From positions 2,976,001 to 3,040,000 of the forward strand of contig JBHGNT010000010.1 of the NCBI GenBank assembly GCA_043228905.1: a DNA stretch of 64,000 nt, written 5' to 3'. Under the pieces are notes generated by a model that had not been told where the DNA came from, searched no databases, and was given only the letters and a program-made list of their open reading frames with translations. Position numbers and translations under genes: made by a program. Below are positions 38,200-51,567 of the stretch, piece by piece (the first letter of the stretch is position 1; the number at the start of each line of letters is the position of its first letter). The stretch is from Azolla caroliniana. Taxonomy: Eukaryota; Plantae; Polypodiophyta.

Positions 38200-40479
38200 A
38201 CTACTAGCAATAGTGGATTGTTTTGCACAATGGAGGCACTTTTTAGAGGGATCTTCTCATCAAGTCACCGTATTCAGTGATCACAAAAATCTTGCCTACT
38301 TCTAGAATGCTCGGGTATTAAATCAACGACAAGCTCGGTGGGCCCAATTCCTCACTCGTTTTGACTTTAGAATTACATACTGTCTTGGGAAGCAGCAAGG
38401 GAAGGCAGATGCATTATCGTGACGCTCGTATCTAGCACCTCGTCCTGGTGATCCAACATTCAATATTCAAAAGCAAGTAATCCTAGGACCAACACGATTG
38501 CAAGCAACATGGGTTTTTGACACTCCATTGGATTCCCACATTATCGATACCATACGTCAAGACTTGAAGACAAACGCTTTCGCTCAAGCCATTCTAGCGC
38601 AAATTGATCCCTCTCGGGCATCCTGTTCATAGTCACAAGAACCAGGTACGGACTATCGACAATTCGAATGTCATGATGGATTACTATTATTTAAGAAACT
38701 CTTGTATGTTCGCAATGGTTCTTGTTGCCTTTGAGTAGTCCAAAATTGTCATTACACATATACAACTGGACATTTGGTAGTACTAAAATGTTGGATTTAG
38801 TACAAAGATCATTTTGGTGGCCTCATATGCGACGATTTTTCGAAGACTATGTTCGGACATGTGACACATGTTGCAGAGCAAAGATGCCAAGACATCATCC
38901 ATATGGTTTATTGGAACCATTACCAATTCCAAGCAAGCCGTGACAGTCAATTTCTCTAGATTTTGTCATAGGTCTTCCAGTTTCAAAGGGATTCACTACG
39001 ATCTTAATTGTCGTAGACCGATATACTAAGATGGCACATTTCTTGCCTTGTACTAAGGAAATCACTAGTGAAGAAACCACCGAAATTGTCATGCGTGAGG
39101 TATTTCGGCATCATGGCCTCCCAGATAGTATCATCAACGACCGTGGACCTCGATTCGTCTCGAAAATCTGGAAGCATCTCTTCAAAATGCTCAATGTCAC
39201 TTGTAACCTCTCCTTTGGCTATCACCCTCAAACAGACGGACAAGCAAAACGAACAAATCAAACCCTGGAATAGTATCTTCGGTGTTTTCTAAGCTATCAA
39301 CAAGATGATTGGGCGGATATTCTCCACTTTGCTAAATTTGCTTATAATAACTCTATCCACTCATCAACTAGGGTTACACCATTTTATGCTTATACAGGCT
39401 ATCATCCTCGGTGGTGTGTATTCGAAACTCCGGAGTTACCCACAAATCCTTGTGTAGAGGATCATTTGGAGCGGCAATGCAAGATACAAGCAGACCTCTC
39501 TACCCATTTACATCAAGCTCAACAAACGCAGAAGGAGGATGTGGATCGTCATCAACTTCTATCATGTTTTAACATTGGAAATCGGGTATGGCTATTACGA
39601 CGACACATCAAGACTACTCGACCATGCGATAAATTGGATTATCGACGATTAGGTCCTTTTTGTATTATCAAAAAAATTAATGATGTCACTTTTCGTCTTG
39701 ATCTACCTCCGCAACTACAGATACCTTTGGTTTTTCATAGTTCTCTTCTCGAACCCTATCAAGACTACACTATTCCGAATCGTATTACACCACCTCCACC
39801 TCCGATCAAGCTTGAAGTATGTCTGGAGTACGGAGTTGCTGCCATGCTCGATTCCAAGATTGTTTGCAACAAGCTCTACTATTTGGTCGATTGGCTATAG
39901 TCCAAGCGAGCGTACTTGGGAACCAATAGAATGTAGGAAATGCTCGAGCTCTTATTGAGGACTTCCATCGACAATATCCCGACAAACCAAGTCCTCAATC
40001 TAAGACGACCTGTGACACTCATCGTCTTAAGGGGGGAAGGGGGGGTAGTGTCATGATATAGCATGGTATGGCTTCAAAAAGACTTGAACCCATGACCTTG
40101 TGTCACAGGGGTTGAAGCCCTACCATTAAGCTATGCATTGTAACATAAAAAATGTTGTTTTAATTTATTATGTCACTTAGGAAATCCATGTATATTCTAG
40201 ATTTCTTTGGAACATTCTAGAAATGTAAAGAGTACTCCTAAGCACACCATAAAAAGAGGCACATGACATTATTGAGAACCAACTCGGTTCAACCCAGTCT
40301 TAAGACTCCTAGTTGTTCTTGTATCTTTCTTCATATAATATAATATACTTCTTGTTGTCATCATTCTCTCTCTCCTCTTTCGTGATTCTTACACACTCTT
40401 TCCCTTCTTAGTACTAATTCTCATTCTTCTCCTCTATCTTTAGTACTAATTCTCCTTGCCTCTAGTACTATCCCTGTCA
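38200..40479 (+). mobile_element. 5'-truncated Ty3/gypsy chromovirus (RNase H end, integrase, chromodomain, PPT, 3' LTR 40049-40479)
   Basis: [47 protein letters not shown] and chromodomain YYLVDW..SERTWEP. PPT AAGGGGGGAAGGGGGGG precedes TG at 40049. Confidence 0.9.
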
Positions 40480-42254
40480 GTCGGAAGCTTGGGAACTTAG
40501 CCTTTTCTTATGAGCTGGTCGGACCTCCATCTTTTTTCTTCGGATTGCACTAAGTCTCATATCGGTTCGAAGGTCCGGCCCCTCTGGACTTTCCGGCCTA
40601 CTTGTCTTCAACTAGAACCTCGTAGTTCTGGCACACGCTTCCACGAAACCGGTCTTCTCTTCCACCGGATCGTCCCATTCGGTGTCCTCTTGGACCCGCC
40701 TCTCCACCTGGTCCGCCTCTTCTCTCCTTAGCTTCACTCTGGATAGGCCCCCCAGTACTAGCGGCCAGAATCCGGCGTCCCTTTCGGGCTCGGTGCCTTT
40801 CTCTCCACCTACCCATATTCCGACCGATGCCGAATAATGGACGACCTAAACATGTTGTGTCATGGCCTCCTCCATTAGCCTTTTCATCCCCCCTCAACCG
40901 TTTTTTAGCTCAAGGGGCTTCCCGGTCTCGCACGCGTGTACCCGGTCGTTCCAGAGGTACACAATGTTGTTTCTAAGTGCATTGGCGAAGTCAACTTAGT
41001 CTCTCCGCATGTGGATGCCATCGCACCACATGCATCTCTGGTCGATCGGTGGGCACCGATCGCACGATTGAACGCCATCTTCCCTTCGGGCCTAAGCGAT
41101 TTGAAGATCGCGCACCATCTTCGTTAGCTCCTACAGAGCTGCGCCCCCGGATGACTCCTTTCCTGGAGAAGCACCGATGTGTTCCGCCCTTTTTCGGGGA
41201 GCTTGACCCACTCCATGAACTCCCTCTTCAACAACTGGAGCGAGTTGTCGAAGCCATACCTTTCGAGGAACCGCTCCTTGAACTCCGACCAATTCCGGTA
41301 GTCGGCTTGTATTGCGAGCACCTCTGCGTGGATGCTCTGCGTGACAACTCGGGGAAATCCGGACAGCCGCCTATTTTCTAGGATATCCTGCATGAACATC
41401 TCGGCCTTGTAGGCCTCCAAGTAGCTCGATATGTCCCTTTCGTTGAATTGGCCAGTCGTGCCAACTATCGTTTCTATGGCCCTATCGAGGCCACCTGCGC
41501 TCTCCCACACATTCACTATATGATCGACGACCATTGCCATCACCTCCGTGAGTTCGCTTCCTCTCAACTTGGACTCCTTTGCCGCCCCCCTTCACATCGG
41601 GTTCACCAATTATGTCACAGTTTTCCTTGTGTGTGTGTTGGAAACAAGAGCCGATAAGGGAAGAGATTTTATCCGGATCGTCGTCCAAGTAGCTTTGCTG
41701 GAACGAGGTCTGGAGCTGGTAAGAGGGAGGAGATTACCTGGATCGGCTTCCAGGTAGCTTCATCAGAGTGTGGTCTGGTCACGTATCTGATCCGGACCAA
41801 TCTTCGGATGTTGGACGTTGGGCACACAGACTCAACACACGTTATTGGTTTCGGAGCTATGTTGAACAACAAACAATGTGCTAACGGGCTCGAACACTCG
41901 GGTAGGCACACACAAGCGAGAAGAAGCGGTGATAAGAACACGACAGAGACAAAGAAGACAGGGAATCTGGAAACAACAAATAGAATATTAATCTATACTC
42001 AGAGAATTACAACCGATCTCGGCCGGCAATGGAGCTTCGAGCTCCCCTTACTCATGCACGCAGAAACTAGTGAGCATCCGATCGGGAGCACACGGGCTAC
42101 TAGTGCGAAATGGAGGGCCTCATAGCACACTCAACTAATACTATGTAATTTACACATGTTTGTACATAAAGACAGTTTTGTGTGCATCTGTGCACACCCG
42201 TGTTCATGCGTATCCTGGCCCCTTTTCTCCTAGTAGCCGGAATTCCTCACGACA
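40480..42254 (-). mobile_element. 5' part (LTR plus gag) of a gypsy element related to 53238-60143
   Basis: LTR begins TGTCGTGAGGAATTCC at 42254. Gag 41124-41567 (MRGSELTE..SYLEAYKAEM) is homologous to 53946-54734. Interrupted on the left by the chromovirus. Confidence 0.82.
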
Positions 42255-43019
42255 ACGTTTTGGCTCATGCTCCCATGTTTCATCCAAAAATATAATATCC
42301 ATACCTTGAGCTACATCATTGAGTCATAAAACCTTATTCCATGGATATCCTCTACAATTCCAAAACATTACTTTCAATTGTGAAGAACTTATAGTCCCAT
42401 AGGTCGTTGCTTGATATGCATTTTGATTTGCTTTCCTAGATGCATATGCTTGCCTTCTACGTTCTTGCTCTTGTGGAGTTCTATCATCCGTTACAAAAAA
42501 ACTTGTCCCTTTTAAGTACACCTTACTACTATATAGAATCATTGCCCTTTTACGTTCATCAAGGATTGTACAAACAATAGCTTGAGATGACCAAACCAAG
42601 GAGAAGATAATAGACACTACACAACAAGTTGAGGAGGGTTCAATATGATATGCATGATTGGTCGTGAATAGTTTATTCAACATACAAGTAATGTCAAGAA
42701 GTGTTTCATGAACCCAATAGGCAACAAATGAAGGTGATTTCAATCCAAAAGAAAGTATGTAGTTCACCAATATATTCAGAAGAAAAGTTCTTAGGACCTG
42801 ATCTTTCTTCAAGGTCAACATTTATCGAAGGATGTGTAGGTTTAGTTGGGCTGAAGGTGATGTTGTATGTACAAAAATAGCGAAAGTTCTAAAGGTAATG
42901 AGAAAACCCAAGATTTCTTTTCTTTTCTTTACCCCCTCGTTCAAAAAACTGATTGCTTAGAAAGTTTTTAGAATATCCCCCCCAAATGACAATAGTTGAT
43001 TGGTGGATGACTAACAAAA
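42255..43019 (-). mobile_element. LINE 5' region (ORF1 end and start of the AP-endonuclease), host of later LTR insertions
   Basis: FVTDDRTPQEQERRR then LKVMFWNCRG..DIIFLDETW (endonuclease motifs I/II) at 42260-42500. Confidence 0.7.
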
Positions 43020-43300
43020 GCTTGTATAAAGAATCAAGAGATGGATTCTGTGCAGCGGAATAGATATTAACTGTGTGTGTATGAGAGAGAGAGAGAGTGA
43101 GAGAGACAATGAGTCAGACACAGAGAATATGCAAGGTAAAGTATATTAACAAAGGAGAAAGACTCAACATTATACGAGGTGGGAGGAGGGTGCTTTATAT
43201 AGTCACCCTCTCTCTTCATTAACTACAAAACTCATGGAGCATGGGGAATGTGAAAGCTCATAAGTTATGTGTCATAGAATATGATTCTATGATTCATACT

Positions 43301-46300
43301 TGTTGAGAATCAAGCTCAACTTGGTCTAGTGTGTGAACTCACCTTGAGAGTGAATAGACACTCCAACGGTCAAGAGTCACCATTAAGTCACCTCTTTGTA
43401 TTCTAGCATTTAATATGAGTCATAGAATCATATTCTATGACACATAACTTATGAGCTTTCACATTCCCAATGCTCCATGAGTCTTGTAGTTAATGAAGAG
43501 AGAGGGTGACTATATAAAGCACCCTCCTCCCACCTTGTATTTTGTTGAGTCTTTCTCCTTTGTTAATATACTTTAAACCTTGCGTATACTCTGTGTGTGT
43601 GTGTGTGTCTCTCTCTCTATCTCACACACACACACACACACACACACAATTTACACCTATTCCGCTTCACAAGAATCCATCTCTTGATTCTTTACATGGA
43701 ATCAGAGCGATATGGTAGCTTGATCTAGCCCATTCGCCTCATCGTGATCGTGTGTTGTGCTCCACGCCGATGACCAAGAACCGGCTCATCGCTATTGTAG
43801 CTTCGCTACATAGCACGCATTCGAAGAGAGAAGAAGAAGAAGAAGAACCGACATAATGAATACTCAAATGGGGAGCGCTCTCCCTATCGAGAAGTTGGAT
43901 CGAAACAACTTCACATCTTGGGAGTACAAGATGCACCAATACCTTGTCGGACAAGGCTATTGGAGCTATATCAAAGGAGTGCATGAATACGCGACATGGG
44001 AGCAAGCCGCAAGCCGCGTGATGTATTGTTTGGCGACATGTGTTCACGACCACATGCTCGGTTACATTCGAGAAGCCAAGATGCCGAAGGAAGCGTGGGA
44101 AAATCTACGAAAGATTTTAGCCGCCAACACGATCGCGAGGAAGCTTCAAGTCCACCAAGAGTTGAACAACATTCAACAAAGGTACATGTCCATCATGACA
44201 TACACCTCAAAGATCAAGGAGCTTTGCGATTCGCTCGGCTCAATAAGCGTAAATATCGATGATGATGAGATGGTTCAAATATGCCTCGGTGGCCTCGCAC
44301 CACGGTTCGGCGCGATGTGAACCACCGTTCTAGCATGGGAGAAATCTCCCTCCTTCTTCGAGCTCCAATCAATGCTATTGGTCGAAGAAAACCACGTGCG
44401 TACAATGAGCAATGCGTCGGAAGGCCACATGCTCTACACGCAATCGAATGGAGGAAGAGGACGCAGATGAGTGAGAGGCCGATTTGGCCAAGGACAAGGC
44501 GGACGAGGTCTGACCTACGACAACAACTCCCAATTTCGGCCGCAAAATGGAAGCCAACGAGGAACCTTCGCAAGAATGGGGAACTTCCACTCCGGCCCGA
44601 GCCGTCAAAACACAACCGAATGCGGATATTGCGGAAAGCTCGGACACCACGAAGAAGAGTGCCGAAAGAAGATGCGTGAATCGACTTCCACAAGCCGACA
44701 ACTCACGAATTACGTGCACAATTTCGACTACGAAGAGTATAGCGGAATGTACGGGCACAACTCCGACTACGAAGATCGTGGCGGAATGTATGCACACAAC
44801 TCCGACCGTGGCGGAATGTACGGGCACAACTCCGACTACGAAGATCGTAGCGGAATGTATGCACACAACTTCGACCGTGGCGGAATGTTCATGATGAAAC
44901 ATAGAGCAAACTCTATGTCGGCCGCTACCTCAACTAGTGCCTCCGGTCCGAAAGACGTATGGTTCGTCGATTCCGGTGCCTCGAATCATCTGACATCGCA
45001 TCAAGAATGGTTCTGAGAACTTCGAGAGCCGGACCGACCCGGCTATGTCGAAACCGGAGACGACACTACGCACCCGATTCGGCACATCGGCAATGTCCCG
45101 TTCGGAAAAGAAGGTAAGCAAAATTACATTAAAAATGTCTTGCATGTACCAACCATTACGAAGAATTTGGTCTCCGTCGGCCAAATTGTAGAGCAAGGGA
45201 TGCAAGTTCGATTTAATCAAGGCGGTTGCTTCATCGAAAAAGAGGGCCGACTCATCGCATGCGAACGAAGAGAGGGCCGGATGTTCATTCTTGATTCACG
45301 CGAGATGAAATCCGCCATGTTCGCGAAAAACACGAAAGCCGACTCCGACATAGAGCTATGGCACAAGCGAATCGGCCACATCAATCTCAACAAACTCAAA
45401 TCAATGAAATCGAAAGGAGTCGTCATCAGACTCCCGACATTCAAAGAGAAGGAGATTGAAGGTGTATGCGAAGCGTGCCAATTCGGCAAGCAACACCGAC
45501 ACCCATTCCCGAAAGAGCGGAACGTGAGCAAAGGTCTACTCGACGTAGTCCATTCCGACGTATGGGGACCGGCGCAGACGGCTACATTCGGCGGATGCCG
45601 ATATTACGTGCTCTTCATTGGCGACTTCTCTAGGTACACTTGGATGTACCCGATGCGGCAAAAGAACGAAGTGTTCAGACACTTCCAAACTTTCAAGAAT
45701 GAAGTCGAGAAAGCCATGAGCCAACATGTACGTTGTCTTCGATCGGATGGCGGCAAGGAGTACTTCTCGGACGACTTCACGACGCATCTCCAAAAGGAAG
45801 GAATTCAGCGAGAATTCACTTGCCGATACATTCCGCAACAAAACGGGGTAGCCGAGCGCAAAAATTGGCACATCCTCGAAGTAGCGCGGGCCATGATGAA
45901 CGAGAAGCATATGCCCAAGTCATATTGGGCCGAAGTTGCAAATACGACCATCTACCTAATGAACCGGTGCACAACATCCGGCGTGCACGAGGTCACTCTG
46001 CACGAAAAATACTTCAGAAAGAAGCCGGCCTTATCACACATCCGCATATTCGGAGCGATAGCGTACGTGCACATCCCCAATGAGAAGCGTCAAAAGCTTG
46101 ACCTAAAGTCGGAGAAATGTATCCTTGTAGGATACTCATTGGAGCAAAAGGGGTACAAGTGCTACAACCCCTCAACTCGAAAATCTCGAGTAAGTCGAGA
46201 TGTCGTTTTTGATGAGTCCGCATCCTGGTACGCACTAGAGACAACTCCAACTCCGACTCCGCTCGACCTGGAATCTGCCGAACAAGAGATAGAGGATGAA

Positions 46301-48826
46301 GATCGCCTTACGTGCATGTTCGAAGAAAGTCCGATCACGACCCGACTAAGCAGACCACAAGAGCCTTTGAGCGATCAAAGCACATCACGGCCTAGCCCGA
46401 AGATGGACAAAGGCAAGGCGAAATTGGCAGAATACGAAGGCGATCGCTTCGACGACGATGAGTTGACTCACTCACTTGACAGTGAGTTCGGCGGTTTCGA
46501 GGTACCAATCGGAGCTAAGAAAGCCCTCATCTCTACAAATGAAAAGCTTCGCCCATCCACCCGTGACGAGAATCCCGTAAGTCGATTCGGCTACAACGAT
46601 TATATGGCGTACCATTACGCCTTTATGATGAAGGTAGTGACAGTACGGGAGCCGGAAACCTTTTCGGAAGCCACGAAGGACCCGCGATGGATCGAAGCAA
46701 TGAACGTGGAGATGTAGACACTACAGAAGAACGAGACGTGGGATCTCGTTCCCACCTCACCACACAAAAAGGCGATTGGATGCAAATGGATCTACAAGGT
46801 GAAGTATAACGTCGATGGCTCCGTAAACCGCTACAAAGCTCGACTCGTAGCGAAAGGATACGCTCAGACGCATGGCATCGACTACGAGGAGACCTTTGCC
46901 CCGGTGGCAAAGATGACGATGGTGCGGACCGTAATTGCGATTGCCATGGCGAAAGGGTGGCACCTCCATCAAATGGACGTCAAAACGCCTTTCTACAAGG
47001 CGAATTAGAAGAGGAGGTGTACATGATCCAACCACCCGGCTTCAACTCTAGCACCCATCTGAAAGTTGTTTGCCGACTCAAGAAGCCACTCTACGGCCTC
47101 AAGCAAGCACCGCGTGCTTGGCATTCGAAGATAACGCAATATCTTCATCCAATCGGCTTCCGTATGTCAAAATCGGACAACTCCCTCTACATACGAAGCG
47201 ATTCCGCAAGTCTGATCGTCATCATCTTATATGTGGATGACCTAGTCATTGGAGGTGAGCATCTTGTCGAAATCAATAAGGTCAAATCCCTCCTTTCCAA
47301 CAAGTTCGAGATGACGGACATGAAGGAACTCCACTACTTCCTCGGCATCGAGGTAATTCAGACTCCGGTCGGAATCATGATCTCTCAATGGCACTACATC
47401 GTCAACTTGTTATACAAGTTCGGAATGGCTGAGTGCAAATCCGCGGCAACCCCGCTCGATCGCAATCTCAATCTAGATGCGAACTTTGGCACCAAAGCGT
47501 GTGAGCCGACTCAGTATCAACAACTCATCGGGAGTCTCATCTACCTCACGATCACACGACCTGATCTCAGTTATCCGGTCGGTCTCCTTAGCCAATTCAT
47601 GCAAACACCGCGTGATACTCACTTGGATTGCGCTAAGCGAATTCTACGATACGTGAGTGGCACAATGGATTACGGCATCCTCTATAAGACCGCGATGCCA
47701 ATACGACTCGAGGGGTACACCGACGCCGATTGGGCTGGCTACAAAGCCGATAGAAGATCAACCTCCGGATTTGTTTTCTCCCTCGGCAGCGGAGAAATAT
47801 CCTGGAGTAGCAAGAAGCAGCCTACCGTCGCTCTTTCGAGTACGGAGGCGGAATACAGGGGCGCAACGGTAACTGCGTGTGAAGTCGTATGGCTCAAGAG
47901 GATTTTGAAGTATTTGGGCGTACCCATCAAGGATCCGACTTCCCTTTACTGGGACAACATGAGCAGTATCTATTTGGCTCAGAACCCGGTGTTGCACGCG
48001 CGGACAAAGCACATCGAAGTGCACTATCACTTCATCCGAGAGCGCATTCTAGCTGGCGATGTCGACCTACAACACATTAGCACAAATCTTCAAACGGCCG
48101 ACATCTTCACTAAAGCCTTAGGAGCCGACAAGCTATGGCAATTCATGACCGATCTCGGATTGACGATCCCTGACCTGCCAAGCTTGAGGGGGAGTATTGA
48201 AGACATTACGCAATAACGCGTGGATTCCGCAAGAACGCGTGGATTACGCAACCACGCAACGAAGCCGCGAAGAAAGACACAAGCCAAAGCACAGACTTCG
48301 CAACTACGCACAACGCAAGCTGGAGCATGGATTCCGCAACTCCGCATAAAGCGAGTTGACACGAGTCGACGTGGACTCCAAAATGCGAGTCGAAGCAGAT
48401 TTCAGATACCGTCTGAAACCGACCCGACTTGAGCTTGAGGGGGCGTGTTGAGAATCAAGCTCAACTTGGTCTAGTGTGTGAAATCACCTTGAGAGTGAAT
48501 AGACACTCCAGTGGTCAAGAGTCACCATTATGTCACCTCTTTGTATTCTAGCATTTAGTATTGAGTCATAGAATCATATTCTATGACACATAACTTATGA
48601 GCTTTCACATTCCCCATGCTCCATGAGTCTTGTAGTTAATGAAGAGAGAGGGTGACTATATAAAGCACCCTCCTCCCACCTTGTATTTTGTTGAGTCTTT
48701 CTCCTTTGTTAATATACTTTTAACCTTGCGTATACTCTGTGTGTGTGTGTCTCTCTCTCTATCTCACACAAACACACAGTTCACACCTATTCCGCTTCAC
48801 AAGAATCCATCTCTTGATTCTTTACA
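43301..48826 (+). mobile_element. Full-length Ty1/copia element A (LTRs 43301-43696 and 48446-48826), same family as B
   Basis: TG..CA LTRs, TSD ATACT (43296-43300 / 48827-48831), PBS TGGAATCAGAGC at 43697-43708, PPT GAGGGGGCG before 48446. The gag-pol frame has a few stops and frameshifts. Confidence 0.96.
43856..48216 (+). pseudogene. Copia A gag-pol polyprotein, disrupted
   Basis: Gag 43856-44320. CGYCGKLGHHEEEC knuckle and WFVDSGASNH protease 44471-45016. Integrase 45140-46717. RT/RH with LYGLKQAPRAW, LYVDD and TKHIEVHYHFIRE at 46957-48216. Confidence 0.92.
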
Positions 48827-50948
48827 ATACTAAATGCTAGAATACAAAGTAGTGACATAATGGTGACTCTTTACAATTGGAGTGTCTATTCACTCTCAAG
48901 CTGAGTTCACACACTAGACCAAGTTGAGCTTGATTCTCAACATGCCCCCTCAAGCTCAAGTTGGGTCGGTTTCAGACGGTATCCGAAATCTGCTTTGACT
49001 CACATTCCGGAGTCCGCGTCGACTCACATTTATGCAGAGTTGAGGAATCCGTGCTCCAGATTGCGTTGTGCGTAGTTGCTTCAGTACTCCCCCTCAAACT
49101 TGGCAGGTCAGGGATGGTCAATCCGAGATCGGTCATGAATTGCCATAGCTTGTCGGCTCCTAAGGCTTTAGTGAAGATGTCAGCCGTTTGAAGATTTGTG
49201 CTAATGTGTTGTAGGTCGACATCGCCAGCTAGAAAGCGCTCTCAGATGAAGTGATAGTGCACTTCGATGTGCTTGGTCTACGCGTGGAACACCGAGTTCC
49301 GAGCCAGATAGATATTGCTCATGTTGTCGCAGTAAAGGGAAGTTGGATCCTTGATGGGTACGCCCAGATCCTCGAGTATCCTTTTGAGCCATACGGCTTC
49401 ACATGCGGCCACTGTCGCGCCCCTGTATTCCGCCTCTGTGCTCGAAAGAGCGGCGGTTGGTTGCTTTTTGTTGCTCCAGGATATTACTCCGCTGCCAAGG
49501 GAAAAAACAAATCCGGAGGTTGATCTTCTATTGGCTTTGTAGCCGGCCCAATCAGCGTTTGTATACCCCTCGAGTCGTATTGGCATCGTGGTGTTGTAGA
49601 GGATGCCACAGTCCATTGTGCCGCTTACGTATCGTAGAACTCGCTTAGCGTAATCCAAGTGAGTATCACGCGATGTTTGCATGAATTGACTAAGGAGACC
49701 GACCGGATAATTGAGATCGGGTCGAGTGATTGTGAGGTAGATGAGACTCTTGATTAGTTGCCGATATTGAGTCGGCTCACACGCTTTGGTGCCGGAGTTC
49801 GCATCCAGTTTGAGATTGCGATCGAGCGGGGTTGCCGTGAATTTGAACTCAGCCATACCGAACTTGTATAACAAGTTGAGGATGTAGTGCTGTTGAAAGA
49901 TCATGATTCCGGCCAGAGTCCGAATTACCTCAATGCCGAGGAAGTAGTGGAGCTCCTTCATGTCCGTCATCTCGAACTTGTTGGAAAGGAGGGATTTGAC
50001 CTTATTGATTTTGACGAGGTGCTCACCTCCAATGACTAGGTCATCTGCATATAAGATGATGACGATCGGACTTGCGAAATCTCTTCGTATGTAGAGGGAG
50101 TTGTCTGATTTGACATACGGAAGCCGATTTGATGATGATATTGCGTTATCTTCGAATGCCAAGCATGCGGTGCTTGCTTGAGGCCGTAGAGTGGCTTCTT
50201 GAGTCGGTATACAACTTTCGGATGGGTGCTCGAGTTGAAGCCGGGTGGTTGTCCATCTTCGGGCTAGGCCATTATGTGCTTTGATCGCTTGGGGGTTCTT
50301 GTGGCCCACTTAGCTTTGTGGTAATCGGGCTATCTTCGAACACGTCTTTGAGGCGATCTCCACCTTCTCGCTCTTGTTCGGCCGGTTCTGCGTCGATTGG
50401 GGTCGAAGTCGGAATCTTCTCTGGTGCGTACCAGGATGCGGATTCATCGAACACGACATCTCGACTTACTCGAACTTTTCGGGTAGATGGGTTGTAGCAT
50501 TTGTACCCCTTTTGTTCGAGTGAGTATCCTACGAGGATACATTTCTCTGACTTTGGATCTAGCTTTTGCTGCTTTTCGTCGGGTATGTGCACGTATGCTA
50601 TCGCGCCGAATATCCGGGTGTGCGATAAGTCCGGCTTCTTTCCGAAGTATTTTTCATGCGGAATGACCTCGTGCACTCCGGATGTTGTGCACCGGTTCAT
50701 TAGGTAGACGGCCGTATGTGCAACTTCGGCCCAATATGACTTGAGCATATGCTTCTCGTTCATCATGGCCCACACTACTTCGAGGATGTGCCGATTTTTG
50801 CGCTCGGCTACTCCGTTTTGTTGCGGAGTGTGTCAGCAAGTAAATTCTCACCGAATTCCTTCCTTTCGGAGATATGCCGTGAAACATCCGATCGAAGGCA
50901 TCGTACATGACAACCAATGGCTTTTTCGATTTCGTTTTTAAAACTTTG

Positions 50949-50988
50949 TGTAAACGTGAGTGTTTGCGGAAGCGTAGAACAGAGAACA

Positions 50989-51022
<34 letters not shown>

Positions 51023-51354
51023 CAGAACGTAATTTCCCAAATTATATCAAGACTCTGTACATACACACTGTGCTAAGTAGCACTATTTATACAAGTCCTC
51101 TTGGGACTGACAAAAGTACCATGTACTTCAATGCTCACACGAGCATCTGACACTTACTATGAGACTATAGATACCTAGTAGTCTATCCTATTCTAGGCTT
51201 CCGATTGGACTGCCGGTTACGGATTGCACCCGACCTCCACTGCTTGCCGGTTCTGTTGCTCACTGTCATACCGATTCGTTTCGCCCGATCCGTCTCGCTT
51301 ACCGGCTCCGGCTTATTCAGCCGATCCGGCTCCGGTTGAGCTTGCCGCTCAACA
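50949..51354 (-). mobile_element. Solo LTR (copia-like termini) inserted in the element B integrase
   Basis: TG..CA ends, 5-bp TSD CTTTG (50944-50948 / 51355-51359), TATAAATAG on - near 51085. Confidence 0.88.
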
Positions 51355-51439
51355 CTTTGGAAGTGTTCGAACACTTCGCTCTTTTGCCGCATCGGATAGA
51401 GCCACGTGTGCTTGGTGAAGTCGTTAATGAAGAGCACAT

Positions 51440-51510
51440 TGTCGCGTTGTTACGCGCGTGCGTGGAGAACAAGGCGGGACCACTGGGGTCTTGGAATGAG
51501 GAATAGGTGA

Positions 51511-51567
<57 letters not shown>

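Noticed and set aside
40068-40140. A genuine tRNA gene
   Set aside because: The acceptor and T stems do not pair well enough, so it is reported only as a tRNA-like cassette.
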